Below, in pieces: positions 13,860 through 27,016 of a DNA stretch of 64,000 nt. The stretch spans positions 20,212,001-20,276,000 of the forward strand of contig OX597825.1 in NCBI GenBank assembly GCA_951406725.2, written 5' to 3'. A model generated the notes under the pieces. It saw nothing but the letters and a program-made list of their open reading frames with translations. It was not told the origin of the DNA and did not search any database. The stretch comes from Octopus vulgaris. Its lineage: Eukaryota. A program made the position numbers and the translations under genes. Every line of letters starts with the position of its first letter. Position 1 is the first letter of the stretch.

Positions 13860-14850
13860 GATCAAAGTTCTTCCCTGCGTTGTTAAACGCTAATGAGACG
13901 TGGGCTTCTCCGACGAGTAAAAGAACATCGATTGGCGTCGACGCAAAGGCCGATGGACAAATCCATATTTGGAATATTTTTTTCTACTCTAGGCACAGGG
14001 CCCGACATTTTGGGGGAGGGGACCAGTCGAATAGATCGACCCTAGTACGCAGCTGGTACTTAATTTATCGACCTCGAAAGGATAAAAGGTAAAATCAACC
14101 TCGCCGGATATTTGAATTCATAAGACGAAATACCACTAAGCATTTCGTCCGGCGTGCTAACGTTTCTTATTTCTTTACTGCCCACAAGGGGCTATACGCA
14201 GAGGGGACAAACAAGGACTGACAAATGGATTATGTCGATTGTAACGACTCCAGTGCGTAACTGGTACCTATTTAATCGACCCCCGAAAGGATGAAAAGCA
14301 AAGTCGAACCCGGCGGAATTTGAACTCAGAACGTAGCGTCAGACCTGATACCTATTTCTTTTCTACCCACAAAGGGCTAAACACAGAGAGGACAAACAAG
14401 GACAGACACACGGATTAAGTTGATTATATCGACCCCAGTGCGTAACTGGTACTTAATTTATTGACCCCGAAAGGATGAAAGGCAAAGTCGACCTCGGCGG
14501 AATTTGAACCCAGAACGTAACGGCAGACGAAATACGGCAACGCATTTCACCCGGCGTGCTAACGTTTCTGCCAGCTCGCCGCCTTCCATGCTAGGAATAT
14601 CATTACGAGCGCATATTCGGACAGAGAGCATTCGAGAACGGTGGTGAGTGAGCGTAGTGATCCCAGAATACAGAAATCACATGTGCCACTGAACCGGATA
14701 CGTCGCAAGTTTCAACGGTGACAGGTGGACCCGTGCATTTGCCGAATGTAATATAAGAGATCGGAAAATGGCTACTTGGAAGACCTCCATAACTATAGAA
14801 AGACTATCTGATCTAGACATTTGGGTCACGATGGAAAAGAATGACTGAAT
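13860..14850 (+). mobile_element. RTE-clade LINE ORF C-terminal relic interrupted by a SINE multimer
   Basis: FPALLNANETW..EHRLASTQRPMDKS [insert] MLGISLRAHIRTESIRE..GYVASFNGDRWTRAFAE..GRPP; resembles RTE YxxETW, MLGISLxDxIRNExIR, GHVAR..RWT, GRP motifs. Confidence 0.75.
13978..14584 (-). mobile_element. SINE family B trimer
   Basis: Units ~13978-14165, 14166-14350, 14351-14584; flanked by tccatatttggaatat / tccatgctaggaatat (13/16 identical, putative TSD). Confidence 0.88.
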
Positions 14851-15734
14851 CATGAAATAACTGGAAGGGCATTATAACCGGCGGTGTATAGCAGCATCTG
14901 ACGATCTGGTCGATATTATGGTACTGTGATATCTTAGACACTCATATGTGGAGTCAGTTGTCTAATAACCGCTTCAGTAATCACGGCAAATCGATGTTTT
15001 TAAATTCATTCTATTACATATGTGAGACACTGCCGTCTGAGAAATTAGAAAGATTAGTGCGAGAGGAGAACTAGACGTTAAAACAAGAAACCAATCACAT
15101 AATCAATCCATCAATATTTATTCTAATGAAGATTGCTGAAAACTTGACTGACACAGACATCCAGTACTAAACGAATATTTATATCAGAGATAAGTTATTT
15201 AATGTAGTGGAACAAAAATATAATTAATCAAAAGTCTTGCAGCCAAGACGTTGTTCACTACATTATGATAGCAATGGTTTAGCTATTTGGGTTTTAGTAT
15301 GCAGATGGCGTCCCTAGGTAATTTGTATCATTCCGCACAAAGGGAAAAGTGTAACCTAATCAATACGCTCTCTGAAGACATGAGATGGAGTAGTTTGTGT
15401 TTACGATCTGTATGTTGTGTGTTCACTGCAGGAAACAGGTAACACGATCTGTCTTTGAGCAAGGTGATAAGTTTCACACTTTGTTCAGAAACCTCAGCTG
15501 TGAATAAGTCCCAGATCATAGCTGGAGGGTTAAATCTGAAAAAGACGGATGATCTCTTTCCTGTTCAGCATTTTTTGGTCTTTTGTTTTTGTTTGTTTTT
15601 TGTCTTTTGGGGCGGAATTGCAGCCTCTTAGACACCACTGCAACAGGAACAATAGCCAATGTAATGAATCTGTTCGTTGGAAACAGACTTCAACTCGTCT
15701 CTCCTTTACAATGTCTCCAGGAAGGAGAATTTTT

Positions 15735-15876
15735 TTTTTATACTCTAGGTACAAGGCCCAAAATTTTGAGGGAGGGGGCCAGTCGATTAGATCGACCTCA
15801 GTACACAACTGGTACTTAATTTATTGACCCCGAAAGGATGAAAGGCAAAGGGAACCTCGGCGGAATTTGAACTCAG
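15735..15876 (-). mobile_element. SINE family B, 5'-truncated
   Basis: tactctaggtacaaggccc..ggtacttaatttattgaccccgaaaggatgaaaggcaaag..gaatttgaactcag. Confidence 0.85.
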
Positions 15877-15987
15877 GCTTACAAAGAATAAGTCCTGGAG
15901 TCGATTTGCTCGTCTAAAGTAGGTGCTCCAGCATGGTCACAGTCAAATGACTGAAACGATTGAAAGAGTAAAAGAGTAAAGAGTAAA
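15877..15987 (+). mobile_element. SINE family A 3' tail
   Basis: gcttacaaagaataagtcctggagtcgatttgctcg..cagcatggtcacagtcaaatgactgaaac..agagtaaaagagtaa. Confidence 0.85.
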
Positions 15988-16262
15988 CCGCATAGAGCAA
16001 GTTAATGTCCCACGAACCAAAGAAAACATAACAATATAACCTGCCCCACTGTAAAAGTAATGAAACTACTACAGATAGAGGAAAAAGAACCCCTCACAAA
16101 ACCGACAATATTATAGAACAGACTATATACGGAAAATTATAGAACAGACCATATACGGAAAATGAGCCCATTATAGTAGAAATAAATCATAAACAGTGAT
16201 AAAAAGTGAATTATATGATGAGGGAGAGTCATTCAAATGAATGTACAGCCACAACGAAGATA

Positions 16263-16466
16263 CAGTAATCGGTCCCCATATCGCGGTTCACCTATCGCGC
16301 ACTCAGTACATCGCGAAATTTTCTGGTTAATACATGTAAATTTATATTGCAGACTCCTCAGTATATCGCGGGTTTTGAGCCGATATGTATTTATATTTTT
16401 TTAGATTTTAATTATTTCTGTGTAAGGTTTTGGAACGTAACACCCGCGATCATCAAATAATTACTG
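16263..16466. mobile_element. Tc1/mariner-superfamily (pogo/Tigger-like) MITE
   Basis: ta|cagtaat...attactg|ta with TA duplication; reverse-orientation relative of 42102 and 55474. Confidence 0.8.
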
Positions 16467-16889
16467 TATATTGAACAGATAACAACATAAATGAATAACA
16501 AGAACAGATCAGCTGGGATCAACATTAAGTAGGATCTAATAGAAATAAATTATAGAAAAAGCAAGGAAGCCTATTCACATAGATTATCGTGGATTACCAC
16601 AATCCTTTCCCTTTTATTTCGTTCCCATCTAAATATTTTTCTTCGGAGTAGTGAACTTTTAGTTTCTACTTTACGGTTTTCTGATAAAACAGAGAAAATA
16701 TGATTGTTTACTTCATATTGTTCCTTCATTATATTAATCAGTTTATCAAATCTCCACCAACGCTATCTCACAAGATTAATGTTTTCAGATAATTAAAATC
16801 TCAAGAATTTTGCGAAGCTAGAGGATGACAATTATCTAAAAAAATCTGTCACCGGCCACAATTGTGGCGGTATTGTTAGTCTCCTGATC

Positions 16890-17160
16890 ATCTACTTCAC
16901 GGGTACTTCCAGAACTTTTATGAGAACAGAGATAAGTTTTACTCCAATGACAGATAATTTCTTCACTTCTTTGAGCAAGTTTTGATACTTTTTTAATCTT
17001 AACTACTTTCCTTCTACGTTGCTATCAAATGGATTACCAAAATCTATTATCTTCACACTTGGGATTTTCCTTTCTTTTAATCGTATATTGTCTCTCAGCC
17101 TCTAAGATTATTGTCAGGTTTCCAGCCGTAAATCCGATATAATCTCACATTAAACCAGTT
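16890..17160 (-). mobile_element. RLE-type (R4/Dong-like) LINE endonuclease relic
   Basis: Minus translation ..VKIIDFGNPFDSNVEGK..KKYQNLLKEVKKL..VKLISVLI; resembles IIDxAxPxD..KYQDL..E of restriction-like endonucleases. Confidence 0.6.
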
Positions 17161-17282
17161 TCAATAATAACATCTTGCAGTAATTTTCTCGAAAATTTTC
17201 TGGCTCTCTAACATCATGCGAGACATCTTTTAAATATACACTTCACAATGAAACTATAATTTAACTTATTTCACTATTAACA

Positions 17283-17545
17283 ATAAATAATAAATAAATG
17301 CGCCCTTTTAAAGCCTAGCCAGGCTCATGGGCCCGGTTTCCCGGTTTCAATCGCGTATGTGTTCCCCAGGTGGACGGGATGCAAGTCTATCGCAGCGTTA
17401 CTGATTTTTGCCAGCTGAGTGGACTGGAGCAACGTGAAATGAAGTGCTTTGCTCAAGAACGCAGTGCGTCGCTCGGTCCAGGAATCGAAACTACAATCGT
17501 ACGATCATGATGCTGACACCCTAACCACTGAGCCACGCGCCTCCA
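17283..17545 (-). mobile_element. SINE family C (tRNA head, CORE-like cttgagcaaagcacttc, V-domain-like), full length
   Basis: Minus ggaggcgcgtggctcagtggttagggtgtcagc..gtttcgattcctgg..gctgcgatagacttgcatcccgtcca; near match to 19717-19975. Confidence 0.88.
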
Positions 17546-18918
17546 CACAATTAACTATACTAATTAAAATTGAATATAGAAAATTGACAAGAGCTTTATG
17601 AGGAGATGGTCAAAGTATCACAATCTTCTGAGTCATTTTGAGGTTCACCATAAGTCTCTCGTTCGTACATGTACCCAGGAAGGATTTTCGTTTGGAAAGC
17701 TATCGCTGTCTTACCTCTACTTCAGGGAATAACAGAGTTGAGCAATGCAAACCAACGCAAACTTATTAATCACTTAATACTCTAAAGCTTAGAGAGTCTA
17801 TTCGTTTTTCTTTTCGTTTTTGTTTTTGTTTCAGCTCAGAGCTGTGGCCATGCTGATGCACCGCCGTTATGTAGATTAAAGTCTATATAGATTAAAAAGA
17901 TTTTCCTGCTGCCGTGAGAAAAGTTTCATATGATGGTCTGGTGTTCTACTCTTGTGGAGGTTCAGTAAAAAGGGAGTAAATTTTCCGTCTTATGAGAATA
18001 TAAAATTATTATATAATTCTTATTTGTCTATTTTTTATAAACAGTACGTATATCTTTTCCCGTTGGATAAAAATCGATTTTTCATAATACTCAATCAGAG
18101 AACTCATTAAAAAGGGCTCTGAAGATTATTGATTCAAGAAAACTGTGGACGTATCAGGGAGGAATGCTGTAAATTCCAACCCAACGTAAGTATGCCTATG
18201 AATGACACACAGGAAGAGGCTTGAAGACATAAATATTATGACGCAATCTAGGACACAGTGACTTCTAAGGTAAGCTTAACTATCCGCTCACACTGGATTA
18301 GGTTCAGAAATTCCATTTTTCTTGTTGTTATATTTGTTTCTTTGTTTGTTTTTTTTGCTTTCTTTACTTATAATTACATAAGACGTGCCCTATAATAACC
18401 CTGAATGTAGGTTCACGTCAACTGGAGATTCAGTACTTTTTTTTGTTTGTTTTTACTTCATCTCAGCGATACGATAGAACTATCCTAATCACATGAGCAG
18501 ATATTGTTATCGAGGTTTGACAGTTAATGACGTGCTGGCTAACTGAAGCATATTGATAGCAAACATCATATAAAACTATCAGAGTTAATCGATCTGAAGA
18601 ATCGGCAATTACAAAGTCGAGTCAGCTAATTAATATTATATTCAGTGGAGATAGAAATACATCGAGTAAAAGATATGAAAAATAACTGACCAACTACAAA
18701 GATTCTAAGTTACTGGATTTGAAAATACACAGCATATATAATGAACGTTGCTATTTCAACAAATGGTCGTATCGTTAAATCGTTCGCTTCGCAAACTTAT
18801 GGTCTCAAGTTCAATCCATGAAGGAATACTTTTGCTAAGAGTCTTCTACTCCAGATTTGTATTCGACAGGGCCACGTGAGTGAAATTCGAAATAAAGAAA
18901 TTGTACAACAGCCTATCG

Positions 18919-18958
<40 letters not shown>

Positions 18959-18959
18959 A

Positions 18960-19168
18960 TTGAGACCGCGTGTGTATCGTTGGCGATTTTTTCCTCCGTC
19001 TTCCCTTCCTTGGATCTTCCCTTTTCCTATGTTTCTGACGAAGAGCTCCGCTCAGAACGTTAAATCCTCCTCCTTTCTTTCCTTTCCTGAGCGTCCAATA
19101 ACACTGTACACGTTCCACGTCCTCGCGTTGTTGTGTTTTCTCTTTGTGTTTTCATGTTTGGATTAACT
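18960..19168 (+). mobile_element. PLE-LTR-like repeat with hammerhead relic (19031-19066)
   Basis: gttt CTGACGA a gagc tcc gctc AGAA cgtt aaa; GAAA box altered. Confidence 0.65.
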
Positions 19169-19195
19169 ATATATATATATATATGTATATATATA

Positions 19196-19409
19196 TAGTG
19201 GTTAGTGCAGCGGACTCGTGGTCGATATGTGTTTTTATGAGCGAAACACCTAAGCTCCACGCGGCTCCGGCAAAAGATAATGGCGAACTTCTGCTGACTC
19301 TTTCGCCGCAACTTTCTCTCACTCTTGCACCTTGCAGCTCACCTGCGACGGACCGGCGTCCCGTCCAGGTGGGGAACCTATAAGCTAAGGAAACCTGGAA
19401 ACCAGCCCT

Positions 19410-19410
<1 letters not shown>
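19196..19410 (+). mobile_element. SINE family C variant
   Basis: tagtggttagtgcagcggactc head remnant; cctgcgacggaccggcgtcccgtccagg V-domain-like. Confidence 0.75.
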
Positions 19411-19443
<33 letters not shown>

Positions 19444-19716
19444 TGTATGTATACAAGGACTGCAAGGTGAAAGAGAAAAGCAGCTGCAAATGCATCACCT
19501 GCACTAAGCTGTAATCCTTATAACTGCAACATCAGTCGGAAGAATAGACTAGTACTTATTCTTAAAGCCTGCTCCTTACTCCATCGGTCGCTTATGGGGA
19601 TTGTAATTGAGGAAAGTTACGGAGACAGATAAAACAACACTGGTTGTCAAGCTGTTGTAGGGGGCAAAATCAAACACAGACTCACAGATATATTTCCATA
19701 CATACATATATACATA

Positions 19717-19975
19717 TGGGGATGCGCGTGGCTAAGTGGTTAGGGTGTCAGCATCATGATCGTAAGATTGTGGTTTCGATTCCTGGACCGGGCGATGCGT
19801 TGTGTTCTTGAGCAAAACACTTCACTTCATGTTACTCCAGTCCACTCAGCTGGCAGAAATGAGTAACGCTGCGATGGACTGGCGTCCCGTCCAGCTGGGG
19901 AACACATACGCCATAGAAACCGAGAAAACGGGTCCATGGGCCTGGTTAGGCTTTAAAAGGGCGCATTTATTTATT
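19717..19975 (+). mobile_element. SINE family C, full length
   Basis: gcgcgtggctaagtggttagggtgtcagc..gtttcgattcc..gctgcgatggactggcgtcccgtccagc..(ATTT)n. Confidence 0.9.
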
Positions 19976-20870
19976 ACTACAAGTATACATATATGTATAT
20001 ATTATGTATGTCATTATTCAGTTTTATTTAAAGATTTCTTGTGTATAGGGAAAAAACCGATGTATGCATGTATGTATGAATGTATGTATATATATGTAGA
20101 TATGTGTTTAGTTATTTTGAGGTAAATATCAGAAATGTGTTCAGGCTAATTTTATGTCGGAAGAGTATAGATTGTTATATCCGCTATTTTATATAATATA
20201 AACAAGGATTATAAATGAACCGCGGTTCATCTGGTCGACCGCACACATAAGAGATTTTCCAGCTCGTTACAAATTCCGTTGACGGAGATATCATTAGCAG
20301 ACAGCGCTTCAGAATGATGGAAGAATGCTGATACCACAGCATAATATTAAGATAAACGTACAGAGTACGAATTCTAAAAAAAAATATACCTAACTGAAGC
20401 GTATAAGCTTTCAAAGTTTTATGTCCATGTAAATTACAATGGGGCTGTCTACTGAGGATAGGCCGACATCACTGCGTTCAAAAGATCAAGCAATATCATT
20501 TATGAATGTTGATGAGGGATTAAGAAACTGCTGTTAGGAATTAACAAAAAGAAAAACATATATACGAAATTTTATTGCCAAAGGAAAAATAACATAAATG
20601 TACTTCAAATGTGCTTTCATGTATAATAAATTTGAAAGTAAGGCTATCCTCGATAAACTTACACCATTGACAAGCTAAATCAATGCAAAGCGCATTGTGT
20701 CTAGCGATATATAACAACATCCTCTAGTCTAGACGATCACTTGATCACAGGATCATGTGATACACACACACACATACATATATAGATATATTTATATATA
20801 AGAATGTATAAATATTTATAAACAGTGAGAAGACGCTAAAAAGGACAGCTAAACCCAAACCACGAAAAGA

Positions 20871-20947
<77 letters not shown>

Positions 20948-21239
20948 ATACAATATAAAATATGCAATATTAAGGATTCAGGATAGAATAAGGTACTTAA
21001 ATGATATGCACAAGGTCGGGTCGATTTAAACTGTAAGCACCACCTTTAGTCGAATAATTATACTGGATATTGAAGTACATCCAGTAAAATATTCAGGTTG
21101 TGTGCACATAGAATTTAACCCTTATGAGTATCTAACGCCTAGGGGCTGATCCAAAGCGCACGTTGTATTGATCACACGGTGTGTTTGCTATACTCCACAA
21201 TGTTATTATTTTATTTGCTTTATATATATATACAAAGCA

Positions 21240-21270
<31 letters not shown>

Positions 21271-21444
21271 ATATCTCGTGAAGTATATTTGCCACTTAAG
21301 TGTGGCTAGCCTTTAAGGATGTATGCTACTGTAGCTTGTAGCCCCAGGAGGACACCTCCTCCAGTTGGTTATTGATACACTTTCTGTGCCCTATCATTAT
21401 TTGCAAAGGGAAGCCATCCTTCCCATCTCCAGCCTGACATGATT

Positions 21445-21489
21445 CACACGGACCCGAGTTTCTGAGTATTAACCCTTCATCAACATGTG
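21445..21489 (-). ncRNA. Degenerate type I hammerhead ribozyme motif
   Basis: Minus: cacatg TTGATGA a gggt taat actc a GAAA ctcggg TC cgtgtg; stem I pairs, C3 mutated. Confidence 0.6.
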
Positions 21490-21549
21490 ACATCACCGGT
21501 TGTCGATGTTTTTCTTTATTACATGCATATAGCCTTAAAAGAGAGGGGA

Positions 21550-22600
21550 CATTACAAAGACAGACAACATAAAAACGTTGGGTACATAAAATGTGTAAAT
21601 GAAATGTGAGTGAAAAGAAAATCAGAAGATGGAATATACGAGAATATATTATTAATCACAACAATTGTTTCGACACATCTAGCATCGACTCCTCTTGTGA
21701 GACACAGAATCTGGTTCAGGAGTATCCGATGTTGCAGATGTATTTCGTCGGGCGATAAATATATAAAAAATCTCGTTAAAATGACTGTTCCATAATGCAA
21801 CTTTCCGTTTTGTAGAGAGAAAAACAGCTAGACGGAGGAAAATGCTTCATATATACAGAAGGTCCAAAAATAAAATTGCAGATGACAAAAAGAGAAACGA
21901 ACATTTAATCAGCGAGAAAAGTATTGAAAATGACCGTTAACCGATATGGATGTATAAACGCCCTTGGACAAGCAGCATAGCATGAGGACACACGCTCATT
22001 CAAGCATTAGTAAAAATGTGAGCTAACGCACACGCGAGGTTAGGTGCACTCATAATTACAAAGCGAGTTAGATATTTAGTAGGTGTTTAGAGTGCATTTA
22101 AGTCATCGATAACTTAAAGTAAAATAAAATACACGGAGTTAACGGTTATTCAAAATTCATTCTCAGTGCATTGTGCGAAAATACATTTATATGCCTGTAG
22201 GCATATCGATATTCTTTCAGAAATTCTATTAAGTATATTTTCATTAGTCCACAGAATAGACGGGGATTCCTCGGAGCAGAGACGCCATCTCCTAAAAATT
22301 ACACTATATGGCTTTGCATGTCTAACTATTGACCAAGTAATGTAGTATTTCGTATTAACCTCCTTCAGTCGCCATATAAAATCAGCCAAATATGTCGAAT
22401 GTCTCTTTTTGATTGACTTAAAGCTGGCAACATGATTACAATAAAGATTCTTAAATGAATCAGCGGTCTGCCCAGTGTAAACATAGTGCCTACCCTTGTT
22501 TGCACGGTACATTTATATACAAGATTTGTTCTCATACAGAGGTTCATCAAAGGACATTTTGATTTATCCCTGCATGAGCATTTATCGTTTTTATTTGTAC
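21550..22600 (-). mobile_element. Penelope-like element 3' relic: GIY-YIG endonuclease plus LTR-like tail
   Basis: CSCRDKSKCPLMNLCMRTNLVYKCTV / YVYTGQTADSFKNLYCNHVASFK..STYLADFIWRLK..WSIV..KPY..LCSEE..LNRISE; one frameshift; hammerhead downstream. Confidence 0.85.
21655..21756 (-). ncRNA. Degenerate type I hammerhead with long stem II
   Basis: Minus: atcgc CCGACGA aatacatct...agatgtgtc GAAA caattg TT gtgat; palindromic stem III. Confidence 0.65.
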
Positions 22601-23413
22601 ATAAAGCAGTCCTAACTTCATTTTCTGGCGTTGTTATCGTGCTAGCTGTACCATGAGTATTTCTACAACAACAAATTGGTCAAAGTTGATGATTATCAAT
22701 GCGGTTTACATCTCTTTGGTTGGGATTTCTATAAATATATATATATATACGAATGCTTGTATGTATGTATTTATGTATGTATGTATGCATGTATATATGT
22801 ATGTATGTATGTATGTATGCATGTATGAATGTATGCATGTATGTATGTATGTATGTATGCATATGCGTTGGTGTATAATTATTGCGGTCTTCAACAAATT
22901 TTATTCAGCAAAGAAACACGTAACAAAAACATTTTTAGATGATTATTCTGGACCATATTCATCATCTATTTCAATTACTCTTTCCCCTTTCCTTGGCAGA
23001 CGGTCAGACGGCCATGTAAAGATGTTTTTATTAAAAATTGTTATTGTTTTTGTTGAATAAAATTTGTTGAAAAAAAAAAAGCCGCAATAATTCTGCACCA
23101 AACCAATTCATACATATATATATATATATAATGCATCATTACGCACGTTTCCACAAATTACATGTCTCTTAAGATCACATTCCGCATTCCTACGTTGTTG
23201 CGAAGCAAGTTTCTTAGTCACATGGAAACTATGTGAAGAAGATATATACATTTGGAAATACCTATGTATTTCTGTGTGAAGTTGTATATCAGAATGTATG
23301 TGTGCGTGTGTGCGTATGTGCCTGTATGTGTGCATGTATGAGTGTACTACGTGTGAGCACATGCGTGCATGTGTGTGTGTATTGTTACCTAACTAATTCT
23401 ATCGTGTGTGTGT

Positions 23414-23467
<54 letters not shown>

Positions 23468-23469
23468 CT

Positions 23470-23470
23470 T

Positions 23471-23555
<85 letters not shown>

Positions 23556-23558
23556 GAT
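23470..23558. repeat. (GATA)n tetranucleotide array
   Basis: Direct; others at 30786-30880, 33149-33375, 59080-59146. Confidence 0.95.
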
Positions 23559-25458
23559 AGGTATAGAAGGAGAAAGCTACAAAATAATCATATTTTTAAT
23601 TTTCTATAAGGATCTCGTTTCTAGCAACCATATATTAGATTTAGGAAATTGAAACATATGACACATAAATGAAAATCCTTAGTATTTTACGATTCCATTT
23701 GTTAATGAGAAGTATTGAATTATTCATTGCCATTAGGGGCCTCTTGAACAATTAATGTAAATTTAATGAAAAAATAAATTTCCTTTACATTAATTAGTTT
23801 AAATGTACAAAGATATTAATACTTCGGGTAAATTTCATATTAGTAAACAATAGAGAATTACAATAAATATTTCTACGTACAAATATACTCACACAGACAC
23901 ACACAGACAAACAAGTACACGCATGGGATAATATCCTTCTTCTTAGCCGCCTTATCCAATCTATTTCCTGACATTTAGCCATTTATTTAGTTTACTATCT
24001 TGAATAAAATAACAATTCTGATCATTGAAATGTTTAATACGTTGTAAAGCCTATCATACACACGCCATTTCGTTTAACGTAATTCCTTATATAAAAGAAT
24101 GTAAAAATAAGATTTCTTTATTGATTCAACAGGCATCTAGACGAAATTTCAAGGTTCAGTGAGCTCGATCAGAAAGAATAAACACATGGCATCACGCATT
24201 GCATGATTTTCTTCAAGATTGTAATTATTTTCTGTCAATAAGAAATGGCTCTCTTCGTAAAATGTTTAATTAATGCATCTCAAATCTTCATTCTGACCAT
24301 TTCTTCAAACAATGCAATAATAATTTCTAATCATTAACAACGATTAGAAATTTTAAAATTTCTAATAGGTATGAAACAGCGAAAATGAATATGTGTCTTC
24401 TATACATGTTTTGTCTTTATTTTTCCTTGTTTATTAATTTTCAATTCAAAATTATAATCCTTTGAAATATATCCTAGAAATATAGAAATCTCCGGTGTAT
24501 TGACTACCAGTTAGGGATACTAAGTATGTGCGTACGTGCGACGTGCGAGCGAGTGTGCGTGCATGTGTGTGTGTATGTGTGTGTGTGTGTGTGTGTGCTC
24601 TCGCCCGCACATATTTACAGCGACAATCATCATCTCAATCTCGAAAGAAGAAACACTGAGCCTGTGCCTACACGCGAAAAAGTTTTGCATGCAATCAGTT
24701 CAGCACACCCAGCCCCAGATCAAGACCACCAACAAGCAGAGTAACAGCAGTTGATATGTCGGATTACTAGTCGGAGATAATCTCCCTTAAAACCACAACC
24801 CAAGTCATCGTTTTCACCACTATTATCATCATCATCAATATCAGCATTCCTGCTACACAACCATGATTATTGACACTGTTACTATTTGTAATGTTAGTAG
24901 TAGTATGACTACTGTTGAGGTACCATTGCTAAAACAGTACCATTGGCACTACTGCAACTCAAATTCTATGCGCTGCAAAAAATGACTGAGATTGAGGCCG
25001 ATTTATTCGAGGCGATTTGTGCTGGTATATTAGTCTGGAGATTAGGGAGTTAAGGAAGAGTTTGTGATTGCTTGACTTTGGCCAAAAACTATTCATGACC
25101 TATTTCGGAAAATCCCGGCCGATATTCCCTTCTACCGATCTATCTACCTATCTATTTATATATTTATCTATCTATCTATCGATTTATCTATGCTGGTTTA
25201 ATAGGTTTGTGTAGTTAATAAACAAAGCAATGTTTGAGAAACCAGTCTTCACGTCAAAACTTCGAACAGTCAATGCTAATATTTAAAAGATATATGTGCG
25301 TATATCGATCTATACTGTGTTGGTGCATATGTATATCTAACTAAACATATATATGTATGTATAGATATGTGTGTATATAGAGAGATAGAGAGATAGATAG
25401 ATATCTGTATATATATAGATGTATATATAGAGATGTATATATATATAGATGTATATAT

Positions 25459-25489
<31 letters not shown>

Positions 25490-25746
25490 AAGGTCTTGCT
25501 TCTAGTCTAGAAAGTAAAAATATTTCAAAGCAGTATATATTTTTATGCACCATCTTTGAAATATTTTCATTTCCACCGATGTGGTTGGTAGATCAAACAT
25601 AAAAACAAGAACAAAGATACTGATTCGTTACCTTCCAAAATATTTCATGATATTGATATTGTTAAAACAACAACTCAGAATCTTTGTTCTGTTGTCTTAT
25701 CTATGTTTAATCTTCCAACTGCGTCACTAGAGTTTTCTAATACACT

Positions 25747-25816
<70 letters not shown>

Positions 25817-26399
25817 GCAATGCTTCAAGCAAATTATAACACTCATCTAATCCTATTCATTTTTCCTACGAATGATTTCTGAATTATTTATTTTCTGAGA
25901 AATGTTTTTGTTCTACACAATCACTGTTTAATCTTTAATCTTATGCATTTACTACGTTCGGAATGTGCAATGAATAGTATGTTTCGCTGTTAAGGTCATA
26001 ATAATCTGAACTATGTCTGTTATTCTCTGCTCCACTGCTGAAAAGAAAAAGAAAATCTATATCAGAGATAGACTGGTATTACTTTTACCCCAAGACATAA
26101 ATATTTACAATAAGCTTTCAATATTATCTGAATTATTGTTAACTAACATAACGCAGTCCTGGAATACCCACCAAATCACTTGGAGCAGAGGAAGGGCAAC
26201 TTCTGTATCATGTACTCATTCTGCCCAGTACTCATCCGTTTTAGCCTCACGCAAAACCTACAATTGTACAAAATATCCAGTAGAAATAGAGAGTTATTGT
26301 ACCGGCTTTCATATAGGACTTTATACTTATCCATACTCTATGTTGAAGTGCTTAGTATGATAGTCAGCTAAGCAGAGACATGTGAAACGATGAGCTGAA

Positions 26400-26705
26400 G
26401 GTAGACCATGAAATACGTTCTATGGACAGCTATGGTACGAACCAAAGCCTCATCACTAAAAAATACTGAAAACGAAATTGGACTGGATCTGTCACATTCC
26501 CAAGAGACCTCCAAGAAGCATTGCTGGCAATCCAAAAGCAAGACGAAATTTGGAATACCTAAGAAGACTTTGAAAGGATCCGTGGCTGACGTTGCGAAAG
26601 CTATCGGTCTCTCTCAGTCTAAAATCAAGGCGGTAACCTAAGATCGCGTCCTCTGTTGTCATAAAATAATCGCGGTCCTATGCTTCTTACGGAGTGATGT
26701 AGAAT
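26400..26705 (+). mobile_element. RTE-clade LINE 3' end relic
   Basis: ILKTKLDWICHI..WQSKSKTKFGIPKKTLKGSV..DRV..; resembles KWxWIGH..WxPxGKRKxGRPKxTW..QDR. Confidence 0.65.
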
Positions 26706-26827
26706 AATTCGAAGAGTTTGATCAAGATTGACCTGAAGCTATGCATAAACTACTATCTGACCATCTACATTCTGGACATTACACATGGTTTTTGTGTTGT
26801 CTTTCGACCTCAACTTACATTTTCGAT

Positions 26828-27016
26828 GTTGTTATTATTATGATTATTATTATTGTTGTTGTTGTTGTTATTGTTGTTGTTGTTGTTGTTATTATTATTA
26901 TTAGTATTATTATTATTGTTATTATTATTATTACTAGTGTTCAGGTCACTGCTTGGAATGGAACTCGGAATATTGGGGTTAGTAGCCCGCGTTCTTAACC
27001 ACTACGCCATATGCCC
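26828..27016 (-). mobile_element. Short tRNA-derived SINE / tRNA pseudogene with (AAT/AAC)n tail
   Basis: Minus 27016-26941: gggcatatggcgtagtggttaagaacgcgggctactaaccccaatattccgagttccattccaagcagtgacctg; A box clear, B box mutated, acceptor stem poor. Confidence 0.7.

Noticed and set aside
15328-15535. Minus-strand ORF after a ctttttcag acceptor
   Set aside because: No recognisable homology or partner exon; length compatible with chance
16110-16161. 26-bp tandem duplication
   Set aside because: Two copies only, in A-rich decayed sequence; ordinary local duplication
18044-18191. Possible exon bounded by ag and gtaagt
   Set aside because: All three frames contain stops
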